The notes under the pieces: generated by a model
Seen by the model: the letters and a program-made list of their open reading frames with translations, nothing else
Databases searched by the model: none
Told to the model about the DNA's origin: nothing
In this document: positions 9,466 to 18,552 of the stretch, in pieces
How the letters are laid out: each line of letters opens with the position of its first letter
Numbering within the stretch: position 1 is the first letter of the stretch
Translations under genes and position numbers: made by a program
From: Verrucomicrobiota bacterium
Lineage (GTDB): Bacteria > Verrucomicrobiota > Kiritimatiellia > JAKQHR01
Direction: 5' to 3'
Assembly (NCBI GenBank): GCA_029557905.1
Contig: JAKQHR010000070.1
Span: 5,613 to 69,612 of the forward strand
Length of the DNA: 64,000 nucleotides

Positions 9466-10368
9466 ATGCATATACCGCAAGCCATGTTGCAGGGAACGAT
9501 TTGTCCAGTGACGGCCGCCGCCAGCGCGGCCGGGATCGCCGGAGCAGCCTTTGCCGCTGTTAAGTCAAAGTTCAAACCGGTCGCCGGACGTTTCGCTGCG
9601 GTTACCGCGCTGATCTTCGCGGCGCAGATGATCAACTTCCCCATCTCCGGGGGCACATCCGGCCATCTGCTGGGCGGCGTGCTGGCCTCCTCGCTGCTGG
9701 GCACCCCGCTGGGCATGCTGAGCATCGCCCTCGTGGTGGCCGTGCAGGCCCTTGTCTTCTCCGATGGCGGGCTCACGGTGCTCGGAGCAAACATTTTCAA
9801 CATGTCTATCGTCGGCACGGGGCTGGGCGGACTGATTCACAGCACGCTGAGCGCAAAGAATAATACCAGAATCTTCACGGCTGCTTCCGCGGGCATTGCC
9901 GCATGGATATCCGTTGTGGCGGCCTCTTTTGCGGTTTCCGTTGAACTCAGCGTTGCCGGAACCATCCCCTTCTCCACGGTCATTGCGGCCATGATTTCGA
10001 CCCACGCGGTGATCGGCATCGGTGAAGGCCTGATCACTGCCGCCGCGGTTTATGCGCTGGCCTCCCGGCCCGCAGAAGAGAAAGTCCGCGGCAGCGTTGC
10101 CATCCCGCTCTCCGCGGCGGCAGTCCTCGGACTGATGATCAGTCCGTTTGCGTCCTCTCTGCCCGACGGGCTGGAATGGGTGGCGGAGAAGTACAGCTTC
10201 CTTCATGAGAGCGCCCCGGCCTTCGTGGCGGTCATGCCGGACTACACCATCCCGGTCATATCGTTTGAAATGCTTTCAACAGGCCTTGCGGGCCTTGCGG
10301 GCGTCGTGATCTGCTTCGGCATCGCATGGATCTCGGCTCAAACTCTGCTTGCCCGCGCCCGGAGATGA
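9466..10368 (+). CDS. cbiM: CbiM/NikM-like ECF-type cobalt/nickel transporter substrate-capture subunit (possibly CbiMN fusion)
   Basis: Begins MHIPQAML (CbiM-type MHIPDG N-terminus). Multi-TM. AGGAGC RBS 6-11 nt upstream. Longer than a typical CbiM, so may include a CbiN-like C-terminus. Confidence 0.6.
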   Translation: MHIPQAMLQGTICPVTAAASAAGIAGAAFAAVKSKFKPVAGRFAAVTALIFAAQMINFPISGGTSGHLLGGVLASSLLGTPLGMLSIALVVAVQALVFSDGGLTVLGANIFNMSIVGTGLGGLIHSTLSAKNNTRIFTAASAGIAAWISVVAASFAVSVELSVAGTIPFSTVIAAMISTHAVIGIGEGLITAAAVYALASRPAEEKVRGSVAIPLSAAAVLGLMISPFASSLPDGLEWVAEKYSFLHESAPAFVAVMPDYTIPVISFEMLSTGLAGLAGVVICFGIAWISAQTLLARARR

Positions 10369-10841
10369 AAATGAACCGTGTGTGGCTGTTTGTCGTGACA
10401 GCGCTGCTGGCCGGCTGCGGCGGGTCAAAGGACAAATCCATGCTTCTGAAGGACTGGGACAGCGTATTCGTTCCACTCGGCATCGAAACGCTGACCTCCA
10501 TGGATGACGCCCTGAAGGAAAAGGGCATCGGCAATGTAAAAAGTTCCGACATGAAGCTGGTCTTCACCTATATGGATTCCGAATTCAGCGACGGGATCGG
10601 CCCCGGAGCAATCGTGTATTCCGACATCTATGCCGTCCCCCCAAGAACCATGTTCATGGAAATGCGGGTCTGGCAGTGCTACGAGGCCATTTTGAATGAT
10701 CCGCGGGCGAAAGGCATCCATGTGAACCCCGACGCGCCCAACAAGAAACCCTACACGGTTTCCGCGACCGAAATGCGCGGGGCGCTGGATAAACTTCCAA
10801 GACAGCCGCGCATGCCGATGGATATCTCCATCAAGAATTAG
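10365..10841 (+). CDS. Lipoprotein of unknown function
   Basis: Start ATGAAAATG overlaps the cbiM stop. Signal peptide plus lipobox LLAGCGG. Confidence 0.4.
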   Translation: MKMNRVWLFVVTALLAGCGGSKDKSMLLKDWDSVFVPLGIETLTSMDDALKEKGIGNVKSSDMKLVFTYMDSEFSDGIGPGAIVYSDIYAVPPRTMFMEMRVWQCYEAILNDPRAKGIHVNPDAPNKKPYTVSATEMRGALDKLPRQPRMPMDISIKN

Positions 10842-10848
10842 GACCGGT

Positions 10849-11835
10849 TCAGCCGCGATTTTTCCGGAAGAGTTTTCTAAGTCCGGTTCCTCCCAGCCCG
10901 GCCAGAAGCAGCGTCAAGCCTGTCGCCGCAGTGCCCTTTGCGCTGCCGGCCTTGCGCCGGTTGTAGGTTTCGACCGATTCGGTGGTGATGATGCCAATGC
11001 GCGCGGGCACCGGGACGTCCAGCACCGTTGCGAAGTCGTCGTACAGATGCGAGGGATCAGGATCAAGAATGCCCGTCACGTCAAACGGCTCCGTGCCTGG
11101 AAGAACCTCGTGCGGGAGCATGACGAACAGCCGGCCGCCCATGCCCTCCGCCACGGGATAATAGCGGAGGGGCTTGAAATCCCATGAATAATCCGTGATC
11201 AGCAGCAGCGCATCCTCCGGGATCTCCTGCCCGTACTCCTTTTCCGCCACCGCAAGGATATCCTTCAGGTCGTGCTCCAGTTCAGGCCACGGCATGTTTT
11301 TCTTGAGTTCCGCCAGACGTGTCAGCGGTCCTTCATGCTCCTGTGCCCGGAGCCATGATTTTCCTGCCGCTTCATCTGCTTTGAAAACCGGCGACAAAGC
11401 CCAGAGCGAAAGACCGCTGCCTCGGACGGGCGCCAGCAGGCGCTCGCGCAGCACCTCATCTGCCTTCCCTTTCTTCCGGCTCAGAATCTGCAGCCGCAGA
11501 TACTCGGCTTCCAGCGGCTTGGTGATATGCACAACTGTACCCAGAAACGCCAACGCATCGGACGGCAGCCCCGCCGCGAGATCCAGCGGATAGCGCTGAT
11601 CGGTCGGCCGGCCGGTGTAAACCGGGCGAACAGACGCGGTGGGATAAATCACATGATCCGTATCAAGCTGAACGCTCATGCGGACATAATGGTTGTCATC
11701 CTCACTGAGCAGGATTTCCGCCTGCTGCACCGACAGCGTCTCCGGCGTCAACGGCAGCGGCGGATACTTGTGAAACATCATCGCGGCCAGCGCGAGCAGA
11801 ACACTTCCGGCAATCATCATCAACCATCTGAACAT
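10849..11835 (-). CDS. Membrane-anchored protein of unknown function with C-terminal TM plus basic tail
   Basis: N-terminal TM (MFRWLMMIAGSVLLALAAMM). C-terminus GTAATGLTLLLAGLGGTGLRKLFRKNRG resembles a C-terminal sorting-type anchor. Start could instead be at 11931. Confidence 0.35.
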   Translation of the reverse strand: MFRWLMMIAGSVLLALAAMMFHKYPPLPLTPETLSVQQAEILLSEDDNHYVRMSVQLDTDHVIYPTASVRPVYTGRPTDQRYPLDLAAGLPSDALAFLGTVVHITKPLEAEYLRLQILSRKKGKADEVLRERLLAPVRGSGLSLWALSPVFKADEAAGKSWLRAQEHEGPLTRLAELKKNMPWPELEHDLKDILAVAEKEYGQEIPEDALLLITDYSWDFKPLRYYPVAEGMGGRLFVMLPHEVLPGTEPFDVTGILDPDPSHLYDDFATVLDVPVPARIGIITTESVETYNRRKAGSAKGTAATGLTLLLAGLGGTGLRKLFRKNRG

Positions 11836-11952
11836 AAAATCCTCTTCATGGGCGCAGTCTATAAAAACAGCCCCGCGCGTCCAGCCTGATATTTGCCCCC
11901 GGAACAAAAACATTGGTCCCAATAGCCGCAATGGCTTCTTGGCGGATATTTC

Positions 11953-12065
11953 GAAAAATCAATGAAAAAAGGCTATTTTTCAGCATTTTAGGCCGTTTTG
12001 GGCACTTTTTGGTCGTTTTGTGGCATTTTTTCGTTGTTTTTTTAGACTTTTCGGCTGTTTTCTTC
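11953..12065. promoter_or_regulatory. Phased A/T-tract element (about 10-bp periodic T4-7 tracts): predicted intrinsically curved DNA upstream of arsR1
   Basis: ggctattttt/cagcatttta/ggccgttttg/ggcacttttt/ggtcgttttg/tggcatttttt/cgttgttttttt/agacttttc/ggctgtttt. 9-10 T-tracts at helical phasing. Similar element at 52590-52700. Followed by TTGACA at about 12088. Confidence 0.5.
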
Positions 12066-12109
12066 ACCGGCGGAATGCCGCCAGAAGTATTTGACATTTT
12101 CGCCAAATA

Positions 12110-12424
12110 GTGCATTTTATTTGCATGAACAATAAACGGAAAAGCAGACTGGACGGCCGCGCCAAAATCATGAAGGCCCTCGCCCACCCCGCGCGCCTGC
12201 TCATCGTTGAGGAACTCTCCGGAGGCGAGCGGTGCGTGTGTGAATTCGTGGATATGATCGGCGGCGATTTTTCCACCGTGTCCAAGCATCTCTCCGTGCT
12301 GAAGAAAGCCGGACTGGTCATGGACCGGAAAAGCGGTCTGCAGGTCTACTATTCTCTCCGCTGTCCATGCGTGCTGAAGTTTTTTGACTGCCTCGCCGAT
12401 GTGATTGCTGAACAGAAAGGCTGA
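12110..12424 (+). CDS. arsR: ArsR/SmtB-family metalloregulator
   Basis: HTH region with ELSGGERCVCEFVDMIG (ArsR ELCVC-type As(III) site) and FSTVSKHLSVLKKAGLV. Confidence 0.8.
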   Translation: MHFICMNNKRKSRLDGRAKIMKALAHPARLLIVEELSGGERCVCEFVDMIGGDFSTVSKHLSVLKKAGLVMDRKSGLQVYYSLRCPCVLKFFDCLADVIAEQKG

Positions 12425-12426
12425 CG

Positions 12427-13812
12427 ATGGACTGGAGAACTGAATCAAAGAAACTGGCGCTGATTCTGGGAGTGTTCCTGGCTATATTCTATCTTCCTGT
12501 CGGCTATGCGCGATTTGACGGCGCGGTGATGGAGGCGCTGCATCTTGTGAAATGGTACGCGCGCGAGCACGTGCTTTTGTGCCTGGTACCGGCTTTTTTC
12601 ATCGCCGGCGCCATCGGGGTTTTTGTAAGCCAGAATGCGGTGATGAAATATTTCGGGCCGAAGGCCCGCAAGCTTCTTTCCTACGGCGTGGCCTCGGTTT
12701 CCGGAACCATTCTAGCCGTTTGCTCCTGCACGGTCCTCCCCATCTTCGGCGGAATCTACATGCGCGGCGCGGGGCTTGGACCAGCCATTGCCTTTCTCTA
12801 TTCCGGCCCCGCGATCAACGTGCTGGCGATTGTGCTGACCGCGCGAGTGCTCGGCTGGCAGCTTGGCCTGGCGCGCGCTGTCGGCGCCGTAGCCTTCAGT
12901 ATTTTGATCGGGCTGCTGATGCATCTGATCTTCCTTAAAGAAGAACGCGCAAGGCATGCGGAACCGCAGGATGTCTTCATCGGCGATGATGACAAGCCGC
13001 CCCGCCCGCTTTGGCAGACCGCACTTTATTTTTTCAGCATGGCGGCCGTGCTCGTGTTTGCCAACTGGGCCAAACCGTCTGAAGCCACAGGCGTCTGGCA
13101 TGCGATTTTCGCTTCGAAGTGGATCATTACCGCTGTTTTTGGTCTCCTGCTGGTTTTCACGCTGTGGAAGTTCATGGGAGTCAAGCCGCGGCACCTGGCT
13201 GCCGGAATTGTCGCCGTGACAGCCGCTGTCCTCCTCGCTCCGGATCATCCTGTTGTTGCGTTCACCGCCGGATGCATCGCCCTTGCCGTAATCACATCGG
13301 TCAGCACACGGGAAATGAAGGACTGGCGCGACCAGACCTGGGGCTTCGCAAAACAGATCACGCCCCTTCTGCTGGGCGGCGTGCTGGCGGCGGGATTTTT
13401 CCTCGGCAGTCCGGAATCCAGCGATGCGGGCATCATCCCCAGCCGCTGGATTCAGGCGCTGGTCGGAGACAGCCCTTCTGTATTCTGGAGCTATGCGGCC
13501 GGATCCGATGCGGCGGTTCCCGGGTGGCTGTCATTCATCTGGCCGCTGTGGACCAGTTTCTTTGCGTCCATCACCGGGGCGCTGATGTATTTCGCAACAC
13601 TAACCGAAGTTCCGATCCTGCGCGGCCTGATGGACAGCGGCATGGGCCAGGGTCCCGCGCTTGCCCTGCTTCTGGCAGGGCCGGCGCTTTCGCTCCCCAA
13701 CATGCTGGTCATCAACTCCATCATCGGCCCAAAGAAAACGCTGGTGTATGTGGTGCTGGTTGTGGTGATGGCAACCGCAACAGGAATGCTGTTCGGAGCA
13801 GTGGCGGGATGA
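12427..13812 (+). CDS. arsP: ArsP-like (DUF318) permease, putative organoarsenical efflux
   Basis: Multi-TM permease with AVCSCTVLP, matching the ArsP TPFcSCSxxP motif. Lies between arsR and a redox-active disulfide protein 2 gene, a known arrangement. 461 aa suggests internal duplication. Confidence 0.6.
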   Translation: MDWRTESKKLALILGVFLAIFYLPVGYARFDGAVMEALHLVKWYAREHVLLCLVPAFFIAGAIGVFVSQNAVMKYFGPKARKLLSYGVASVSGTILAVCSCTVLPIFGGIYMRGAGLGPAIAFLYSGPAINVLAIVLTARVLGWQLGLARAVGAVAFSILIGLLMHLIFLKEERARHAEPQDVFIGDDDKPPRPLWQTALYFFSMAAVLVFANWAKPSEATGVWHAIFASKWIITAVFGLLLVFTLWKFMGVKPRHLAAGIVAVTAAVLLAPDHPVVAFTAGCIALAVITSVSTREMKDWRDQTWGFAKQITPLLLGGVLAAGFFLGSPESSDAGIIPSRWIQALVGDSPSVFWSYAAGSDAAVPGWLSFIWPLWTSFFASITGALMYFATLTEVPILRGLMDSGMGQGPALALLLAGPALSLPNMLVINSIIGPKKTLVYVVLVVVMATATGMLFGAVAG

Positions 13813-13848
13813 GGAATGGAATAATGGAATGATGGGAGAAAAGCGCAT

Positions 13849-14082
13849 ATGAAACTGATCCAGATTCTCGGGACGGGATGCCAAAAATGCAAACAGCTGT
13901 ACGCCAATACAGAAGCGGCAGTTAAGGCACTGGGCATTGAAGCGCGTATCGAAAAGGTCGAAAAGATTCCGGAAATCATGAAGTACGGCGTGATGACCAC
14001 TCCGGCCCTTGTGGTGGACGGGAAAGTAAAAAGCGCGGGGAAACTGCTTGCCCCGGAAGACATCCAGAAACTTTTGAACTGA
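13849..14082 (+). CDS. Thioredoxin-fold redox-active disulfide protein 2 (small CxxC protein)
   Basis: 77 aa, MKLIQILGTGCQKCKQL ... TTPALVVDGK. Family typically paired with DUF318/ArsP permeases. Confidence 0.7.
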   Translation: MKLIQILGTGCQKCKQLYANTEAAVKALGIEARIEKVEKIPEIMKYGVMTTPALVVDGKVKSAGKLLAPEDIQKLLN

Positions 14083-14085
14083 ACC

Positions 14086-14484
14086 ATGAAGACCTCTGCA
14101 AGAATTATCATTGTCGTCCTGCTGGCCGCGGCGGTCGCCGGGGTCATCATGGCCAGGCAGAACCGCACGGTGCCGGAGTCTGCTGATACAACGCCGCCCG
14201 TCTCCGCCCTGCCCCGTCTCGTGGATCTGGGCGCGGACAAGTGCATCCCGTGCAAAATGATGGCGCCCATTCTTGATGAGCTGAAGGAGACCTATGCCGG
14301 GAAACTGGAAGTGGAATTCATTGATGTCTGGAAAAATGAAACCGCGGGACAGGAATACGGAATTCAAATGATCCCCACGCAAATATTTTTCTCTCCTGAC
14401 GGTGAAGAGCTTTTCCGGCACGAAGGATTCTTCTCGCTCGACGAGATTCTGGCGAAGTGGAAAGAACTCGGGTATGCGCTGTGA
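14086..14484 (+). CDS. Membrane-anchored/periplasmic thioredoxin
   Basis: N-terminal TM anchor then thioredoxin CxxC: GADKCIPCKMMAPILDEL. Confidence 0.7.
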   Translation: MKTSARIIIVVLLAAAVAGVIMARQNRTVPESADTTPPVSALPRLVDLGADKCIPCKMMAPILDELKETYAGKLEVEFIDVWKNETAGQEYGIQMIPTQIFFSPDGEELFRHEGFFSLDEILAKWKELGYAL

Positions 14485-15179
14485 TTGAGCTTTTCACACA
14501 ACTCAGCCATGCCATCGAAGGGACCCCGCTCATTGCAGCAGGGGCATCCCTGCTCTGGGGCGTCCTGAGCATCCTGCTGAGCCCCTGCCACCTCGCCAGC
14601 ATCCCGCTGATCGTGGGGTTCATTGACGAACAGGGCAGCATATCAACCAAACGCGCCTTCCAGATTTCGCTGCTCTTTTCAGTCGGCATATTGATCACCA
14701 TTGCGCTGATCGGGGTGCTGACGGCGCTGGCGGGCCGCATGATGGGCGATGTTGGACGTTACGGGAACTGGTTTGTAGCCGCTGTCTTCTTTGTGGTCGG
14801 GCTGCATCTGATGGAAGTGATCCCGCTCAAGTTCACGGCGCCGGAACAGGTGAACATGAAGCGCAGGGGCTATCTGGCCGCCTTAATTCTGGGCCTTGTC
14901 TTCGGAGTGGCTCTGGGCCCCTGCACGTTTGCCTACATGGCGCCGATGCTGGCGATCACCTTCAAAATGTCGGCCACCCGCTGGCTCTATGGCGCATTCC
15001 TGCTGCTGATGTACGGCCTTGGCCATTGCGGAGTTATTGTGCTGGCGGGAACTTCTTATGAATGGATTGAGCATTATCTGAACTGGAACGAGAAATCGAA
15101 GGGAGCCGTCATCCTGAAAAAACTTTGCGGCCTGCTGGTCATTCTTGGCGGGCTCTGGCTGATTTGGAGTGCTCCATGA
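14481..15179 (+). CDS. ccdA: CcdA/DsbD-family transmembrane thiol-disulfide electron transporter
   Basis: Two conserved membrane cysteines (LLSPCHLASIPL, ALGPCTFAYMAP). GTG start overlaps the upstream Trx stop (GTGA). ORF track starts at 14457. Confidence 0.7.
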   Translation: MIELFTQLSHAIEGTPLIAAGASLLWGVLSILLSPCHLASIPLIVGFIDEQGSISTKRAFQISLLFSVGILITIALIGVLTALAGRMMGDVGRYGNWFVAAVFFVVGLHLMEVIPLKFTAPEQVNMKRRGYLAALILGLVFGVALGPCTFAYMAPMLAITFKMSATRWLYGAFLLLMYGLGHCGVIVLAGTSYEWIEHYLNWNEKSKGAVILKKLCGLLVILGGLWLIWSAP

Positions 15180-15616
15180 GAACAATGCTTGCCTTGCTCC
15201 TTGCCGTCGTTGCGGGAATGCTTCTTCCCTCCCCGGACAGCTGTGCGCAGTCTCCAACCAATGCACCGTCGGACAGCGGTCTCGTGATGTACTATTTCCA
15301 TCGCACCGGCCGCTGCCAGGGATGCCTGGAGATTGAGCGCCTGACCCGAAAAACGGCGGACGAATTCAAGGAGGAATATCCGCTGGATCTTTTCACTCTC
15401 GAAGTGAAGAACCTGGACGAGCCGGAGAATGAGCGCTTTGCAGATGATTTCAAGGTCACCTTCAACACGGTGGTCATTGCAAGCCGGAAAGACGGCGTTG
15501 TGGCCGGTTGGACCAATCTGAACGATCGGGTCTGGAATCTGTATTCCGACGAAGGCAGTTTTGTGGACTGCATCAAGGAAGAACTGCGAAAACGGCAGCC
15601 GGACCAGCCGGAGTAA
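15176..15616 (+). CDS. Secreted thioredoxin-like CxxC lipoprotein (TlpA-like?)
   Basis: ATG overlaps the ccdA stop (ATGA). Signal peptide MRTMLALLLAVVAG..SC. CxxC in YYFHRTGRCQGCLEIERL. Confidence 0.4.
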   Translation: MRTMLALLLAVVAGMLLPSPDSCAQSPTNAPSDSGLVMYYFHRTGRCQGCLEIERLTRKTADEFKEEYPLDLFTLEVKNLDEPENERFADDFKVTFNTVVIASRKDGVVAGWTNLNDRVWNLYSDEGSFVDCIKEELRKRQPDQPE

Positions 15617-15669
15617 TTTCTTCATTTTTCGCGTTGACGCACTGCGTCCCCTGTTCTATATTTCGTTAT

Positions 15670-16053
15670 ATGGCTAAATATAGAAATATGAATCTTCGCG
15701 GGGCGGAGGCTGTTTTTCAGGCCCTGTCGGACAAGGGCCGCCTTCGCATCCTGTGCGCGCTCCGCCACGGGGAACTGTGCATCTGCTGGATTGTCGAAAT
15801 GCTGGGCTTCGCCCCCTCCACCGTATCCAGGCACCTTTCGGTTCTCCGCAGCGCCGGACTGATCCAAACCCGCAAGCAGGAGCGCTGGGTTTACTGCTCG
15901 CTGCCCTCCATGCCCGTTTCTCCAATCATTGGAAAAATACTCCCGCAGATATTCCAATCACTGGAAAATTCACCGGAAGTCCGGGCGGATGCGCGGCTGA
16001 TTAAACGAATCCTTAAAAAAGAGGCATCGAAGTGCAAAATCCGGAAAAAATGA
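15670..16053 (+). CDS. arsR: ArsR-family As(III)-responsive repressor (second copy)
   Basis: HGELCICWIVEMLG (ELCVC-type site) and STVSRHLSVLRSAGLI HTH. Start at the internal ATG (MAKYRN). Confidence 0.75.
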   Translation: MAKYRNMNLRGAEAVFQALSDKGRLRILCALRHGELCICWIVEMLGFAPSTVSRHLSVLRSAGLIQTRKQERWVYCSLPSMPVSPIIGKILPQIFQSLENSPEVRADARLIKRILKKEASKCKIRKK

Positions 16054-16478
16054 AAATCCTGTTTCTCTGCACCGGAAACTCCTGCCGGAGCCAGATGGCC
16101 GAGGGCTGGGCTCGGCATCTGAAGGGCGATGTGATTGAGGCGTATTCCGCGGGCATTGAAACGCACGGGCTGAATCCGCTGGCCGTGAAGGTCATGAATG
16201 AGGCCGGAGTGGATATTGCCGGACACCACTCAAAGAACCTTTCTGATCTGGCCGACGTACAATTTGATTATGTGATCACCGTCTGCGACAACGCCCACGA
16301 GTCCTGCCCGATCTTTCCGGGAAAAACAAAAGTGGTGCATGCCGGATTCGACGATCCGCCGAGGCTGGCGAAGGACGCAATATCTGAGGCGGAAGCCCTC
16401 GCCCATTACCGGCGCGTGCGGGATGAAATCAGAGCGTTTGTCGAATCACTGCCGGAGAAACTGGAAATAATGGAATGA
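16050..16478 (+). CDS. arsC: Arsenate reductase, LMW-PTP/thioredoxin-coupled type
   Basis: P-loop MKILFLCTGNSCRSQMAEG (CX5R) and CDNAHESCP with downstream Cys. Alternative start at 16032. Confidence 0.8.
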   Translation: MKILFLCTGNSCRSQMAEGWARHLKGDVIEAYSAGIETHGLNPLAVKVMNEAGVDIAGHHSKNLSDLADVQFDYVITVCDNAHESCPIFPGKTKVVHAGFDDPPRLAKDAISEAEALAHYRRVRDEIRAFVESLPEKLEIME

Positions 16479-16557
16479 TGGAATATTGGAATAATGGAGA
16501 AGCCATGAAATCAGCCGGAAGCAGTTTATATCCTCGTCTTCCCACCATTCCAATATT
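16479..16557. promoter_or_regulatory. 14-bp inverted repeat (TGGAATATTGGAAT ... ATTCCAATATTCCA) between arsC and arsM: hairpin/attenuator or operator
   Basis: Perfect 14-nt arms at about 16489-16502 and about 16539-16552, separated by about 36 nt. The left flank shares the 17-mer AATAATGGAATGATGG with 13813-13840. Confidence 0.45.
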
Positions 16558-16574
16558 CCAACCCGACAGGAGCC

Positions 16575-17351
16575 TTGACCATGTCCTCAAGAAATAAAGA
16601 CAAGATCAGACAGAATGTACGCGGCCGCTATGCCGGCATTGCGGAAGGCAAGAGCTGTTCCTGCTGCTCCGCGCCGCAGGAATCGGCAAAGCTTGGCTAC
16701 ACGGAACAGGACCTTCGCGATGTTCCCGAAGGATCCGACATGGGACTTGGATGCGGAAATCCGCAGGCGATAGCGGCACTCAGGCCCGGCGAAACCGTGC
16801 TGGATCTCGGATGCGGCGGAGGATTCGACTGCTTTCTCGCTGCTCGGCAGGTTGGTGATTCCGGACTCGTGATCGGCATAGACATGACCGCCGAAATGAT
16901 TTCCAAGGCGCGCGCCAATGCCGAGAAATGCGGCGCAAGAAATGTTTCCTTCCGGCTGGGCGAGATCGAATATCTGCCCGTGGCGGATTCATCCGTGGAC
17001 GTCATCATATCCAACTGCGTGATCAATCTTTCGCCAGACAAGGAACAGGTTTTTGCGGAAGCATTTCGCGTGCTGAAGCCGGGGGGGCGGCTGGCCATTT
17101 CGGATGTAGTGGCCGTCAAACCCCTGCCCGAGAATACAATCCGCAACATGGATCAGTACTGCGGATGCGTATCGGGAGCCATGGCCATCGCTGAACAGGA
17201 GCGCATTCTAAGAAAAACCGGCTTCACAAGCGTCAAAGTCACACCCAAACCGGAGAGCCGGGAATTCATCCACACCTGGTTCCCGGGAACCGGAATTGAA
17301 GATTGCGTTTTATCGGCAGATATTACCGCTGTAAAATCAGGAGGCAAATGA
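16575..17351 (+). CDS. arsM: Arsenite S-adenosylmethionine methyltransferase ArsM
   Basis: SAM-MTase motif [10 protein letters not shown]. Conserved ArsM cysteines (N-terminal CSCCS, C-terminal YCGCVSGA). 258 aa. Confidence 0.8.
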   Translation: MTMSSRNKDKIRQNVRGRYAGIAEGKSCSCCSAPQESAKLGYTEQDLRDVPEGSDMGLGCGNPQAIAALRPGETVLDLGCGGGFDCFLAARQVGDSGLVIGIDMTAEMISKARANAEKCGARNVSFRLGEIEYLPVADSSVDVIISNCVINLSPDKEQVFAEAFRVLKPGGRLAISDVVAVKPLPENTIRNMDQYCGCVSGAMAIAEQERILRKTGFTSVKVTPKPESREFIHTWFPGTGIEDCVLSADITAVKSGGK

Positions 17352-18523
17352 TGCAGGACAGAAAAATGACAAGCATTTTTGAACGGTATCTGACCGTTTG
17401 GGTGCTGCTGTGCATAGCAGGCGGAATCATTCTTGGCAAGGTCGCCCCCCACCTGGCCAAAACTCTGGACGGAATGGCCATTTATGTCCAGGGCGCGCCG
17501 GTGGTGTCCATCCCGATTGCGATCTGCCTGTTCTTCATGATGTACCCCATCATGGTGAAGATTGACTTTGCGTCGGTGGTGAAGGCCGGCAAAAGCGGAA
17601 AACCCGTCTGGCTGACGCTGTTTGTGAACTGGGCCATCAAGCCGTTTACGATGTACGGCATCGCCCTGCTGTTTCTGGGAGTCCTGTTCCGCGGGTTCAT
17701 CGGTGCCGATGCCGTTGATCTGGTCAAAATGCCGTTCGGGCTTGACCTGCCGGTCGGGGCGGAGCATGGCGCGGGCGTGGTGATCCTTCAGGACGGGATT
17801 AAAATGCTCCAGGTTCCGCTCTGGCGAAGCTATCTGGCTGGATGCATTCTGCTGGGCATCGCGCCCTGCACGGCGATGGTGCTGGTGTGGGGCTATCTGG
17901 CCAAGGGCAATGACGGCCTGACGCTCGTTATGGTGGCCATCAATTCGCTGACGATGCTGGCGCTCTACGGGGTGCTGGGCGGCTTCCTGCTGGGCGTTGG
18001 ACGTCTTCCTGTGCCGTGGCAGGCGCTTGTTCTGTCCATTGGCATCTACGTTGCCCTGCCGCTGGTGGCGGGCTATTTCTCGCGCCGATGGATAATCGCC
18101 TCAAAAGGCGAAACATGGTTCAAGGAGAAGTTCCTGCATGTGCTGACCCCGGTCACCATCATCGCACTGCTGATCACGCTGGTGCTTTTGTTCAGCTTCA
18201 AGGGCGAAGTGATCCTGAACAATCCTCTGACCATTTTGTGGATAGCGATTCCTCTTTTCATCCAGACGAATCTGATCTTTGCACTGGGCTACTGGATGGC
18301 GCGGCTGCTGAAACTGTCCTATGAAGACGCCGCGCCGGCGGCCATGATCGGAGCCTCCAATCACTTCGAAGTTGCCATTGCCACCGCGACCATGCTTTTC
18401 GGACTGTCATCAGGTGCGGCGCTGGCCACGGTGGTTGGAGTGCTGATCGAAGTGCCGGTCATGCTGATGCTGGTGCGCATCTGCACATCCACTCAGAAGT
18501 GGTTTGCAAAAGAAACTTTGTGA
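17348..18523 (+). CDS. acr3: Arsenite efflux permease ACR3 family
   Basis: Multi-TM. ATGATG start overlaps the arsM stop, with AGGAGG RBS. ACR3-type length and conserved Cys in TM4 region (GIAPCTAMV). Confidence 0.75.
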   Translation: MMQDRKMTSIFERYLTVWVLLCIAGGIILGKVAPHLAKTLDGMAIYVQGAPVVSIPIAICLFFMMYPIMVKIDFASVVKAGKSGKPVWLTLFVNWAIKPFTMYGIALLFLGVLFRGFIGADAVDLVKMPFGLDLPVGAEHGAGVVILQDGIKMLQVPLWRSYLAGCILLGIAPCTAMVLVWGYLAKGNDGLTLVMVAINSLTMLALYGVLGGFLLGVGRLPVPWQALVLSIGIYVALPLVAGYFSRRWIIASKGETWFKEKFLHVLTPVTIIALLITLVLLFSFKGEVILNNPLTILWIAIPLFIQTNLIFALGYWMARLLKLSYEDAAPAAMIGASNHFEVAIATATMLFGLSSGAALATVVGVLIEVPVMLMLVRICTSTQKWFAKETL

Positions 18524-18552
18524 GGCGGCACTCTTTATGCTAGGGATGCGTC

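Noticed and set aside
11913-12110. 65-aa plus-strand ORF spanning the phased T-tract element
   Set aside because: Phe/Leu-rich translation is a by-product of T-tracts. Better explained as non-coding curved DNA.
13119-13832. 237-aa alternative-frame ORF inside the arsP-like permease gene
   Set aside because: Same-strand overlapping frame, Arg/Gly/Cys-rich, with no support. The permease frame carries the ArsP CSC motif.
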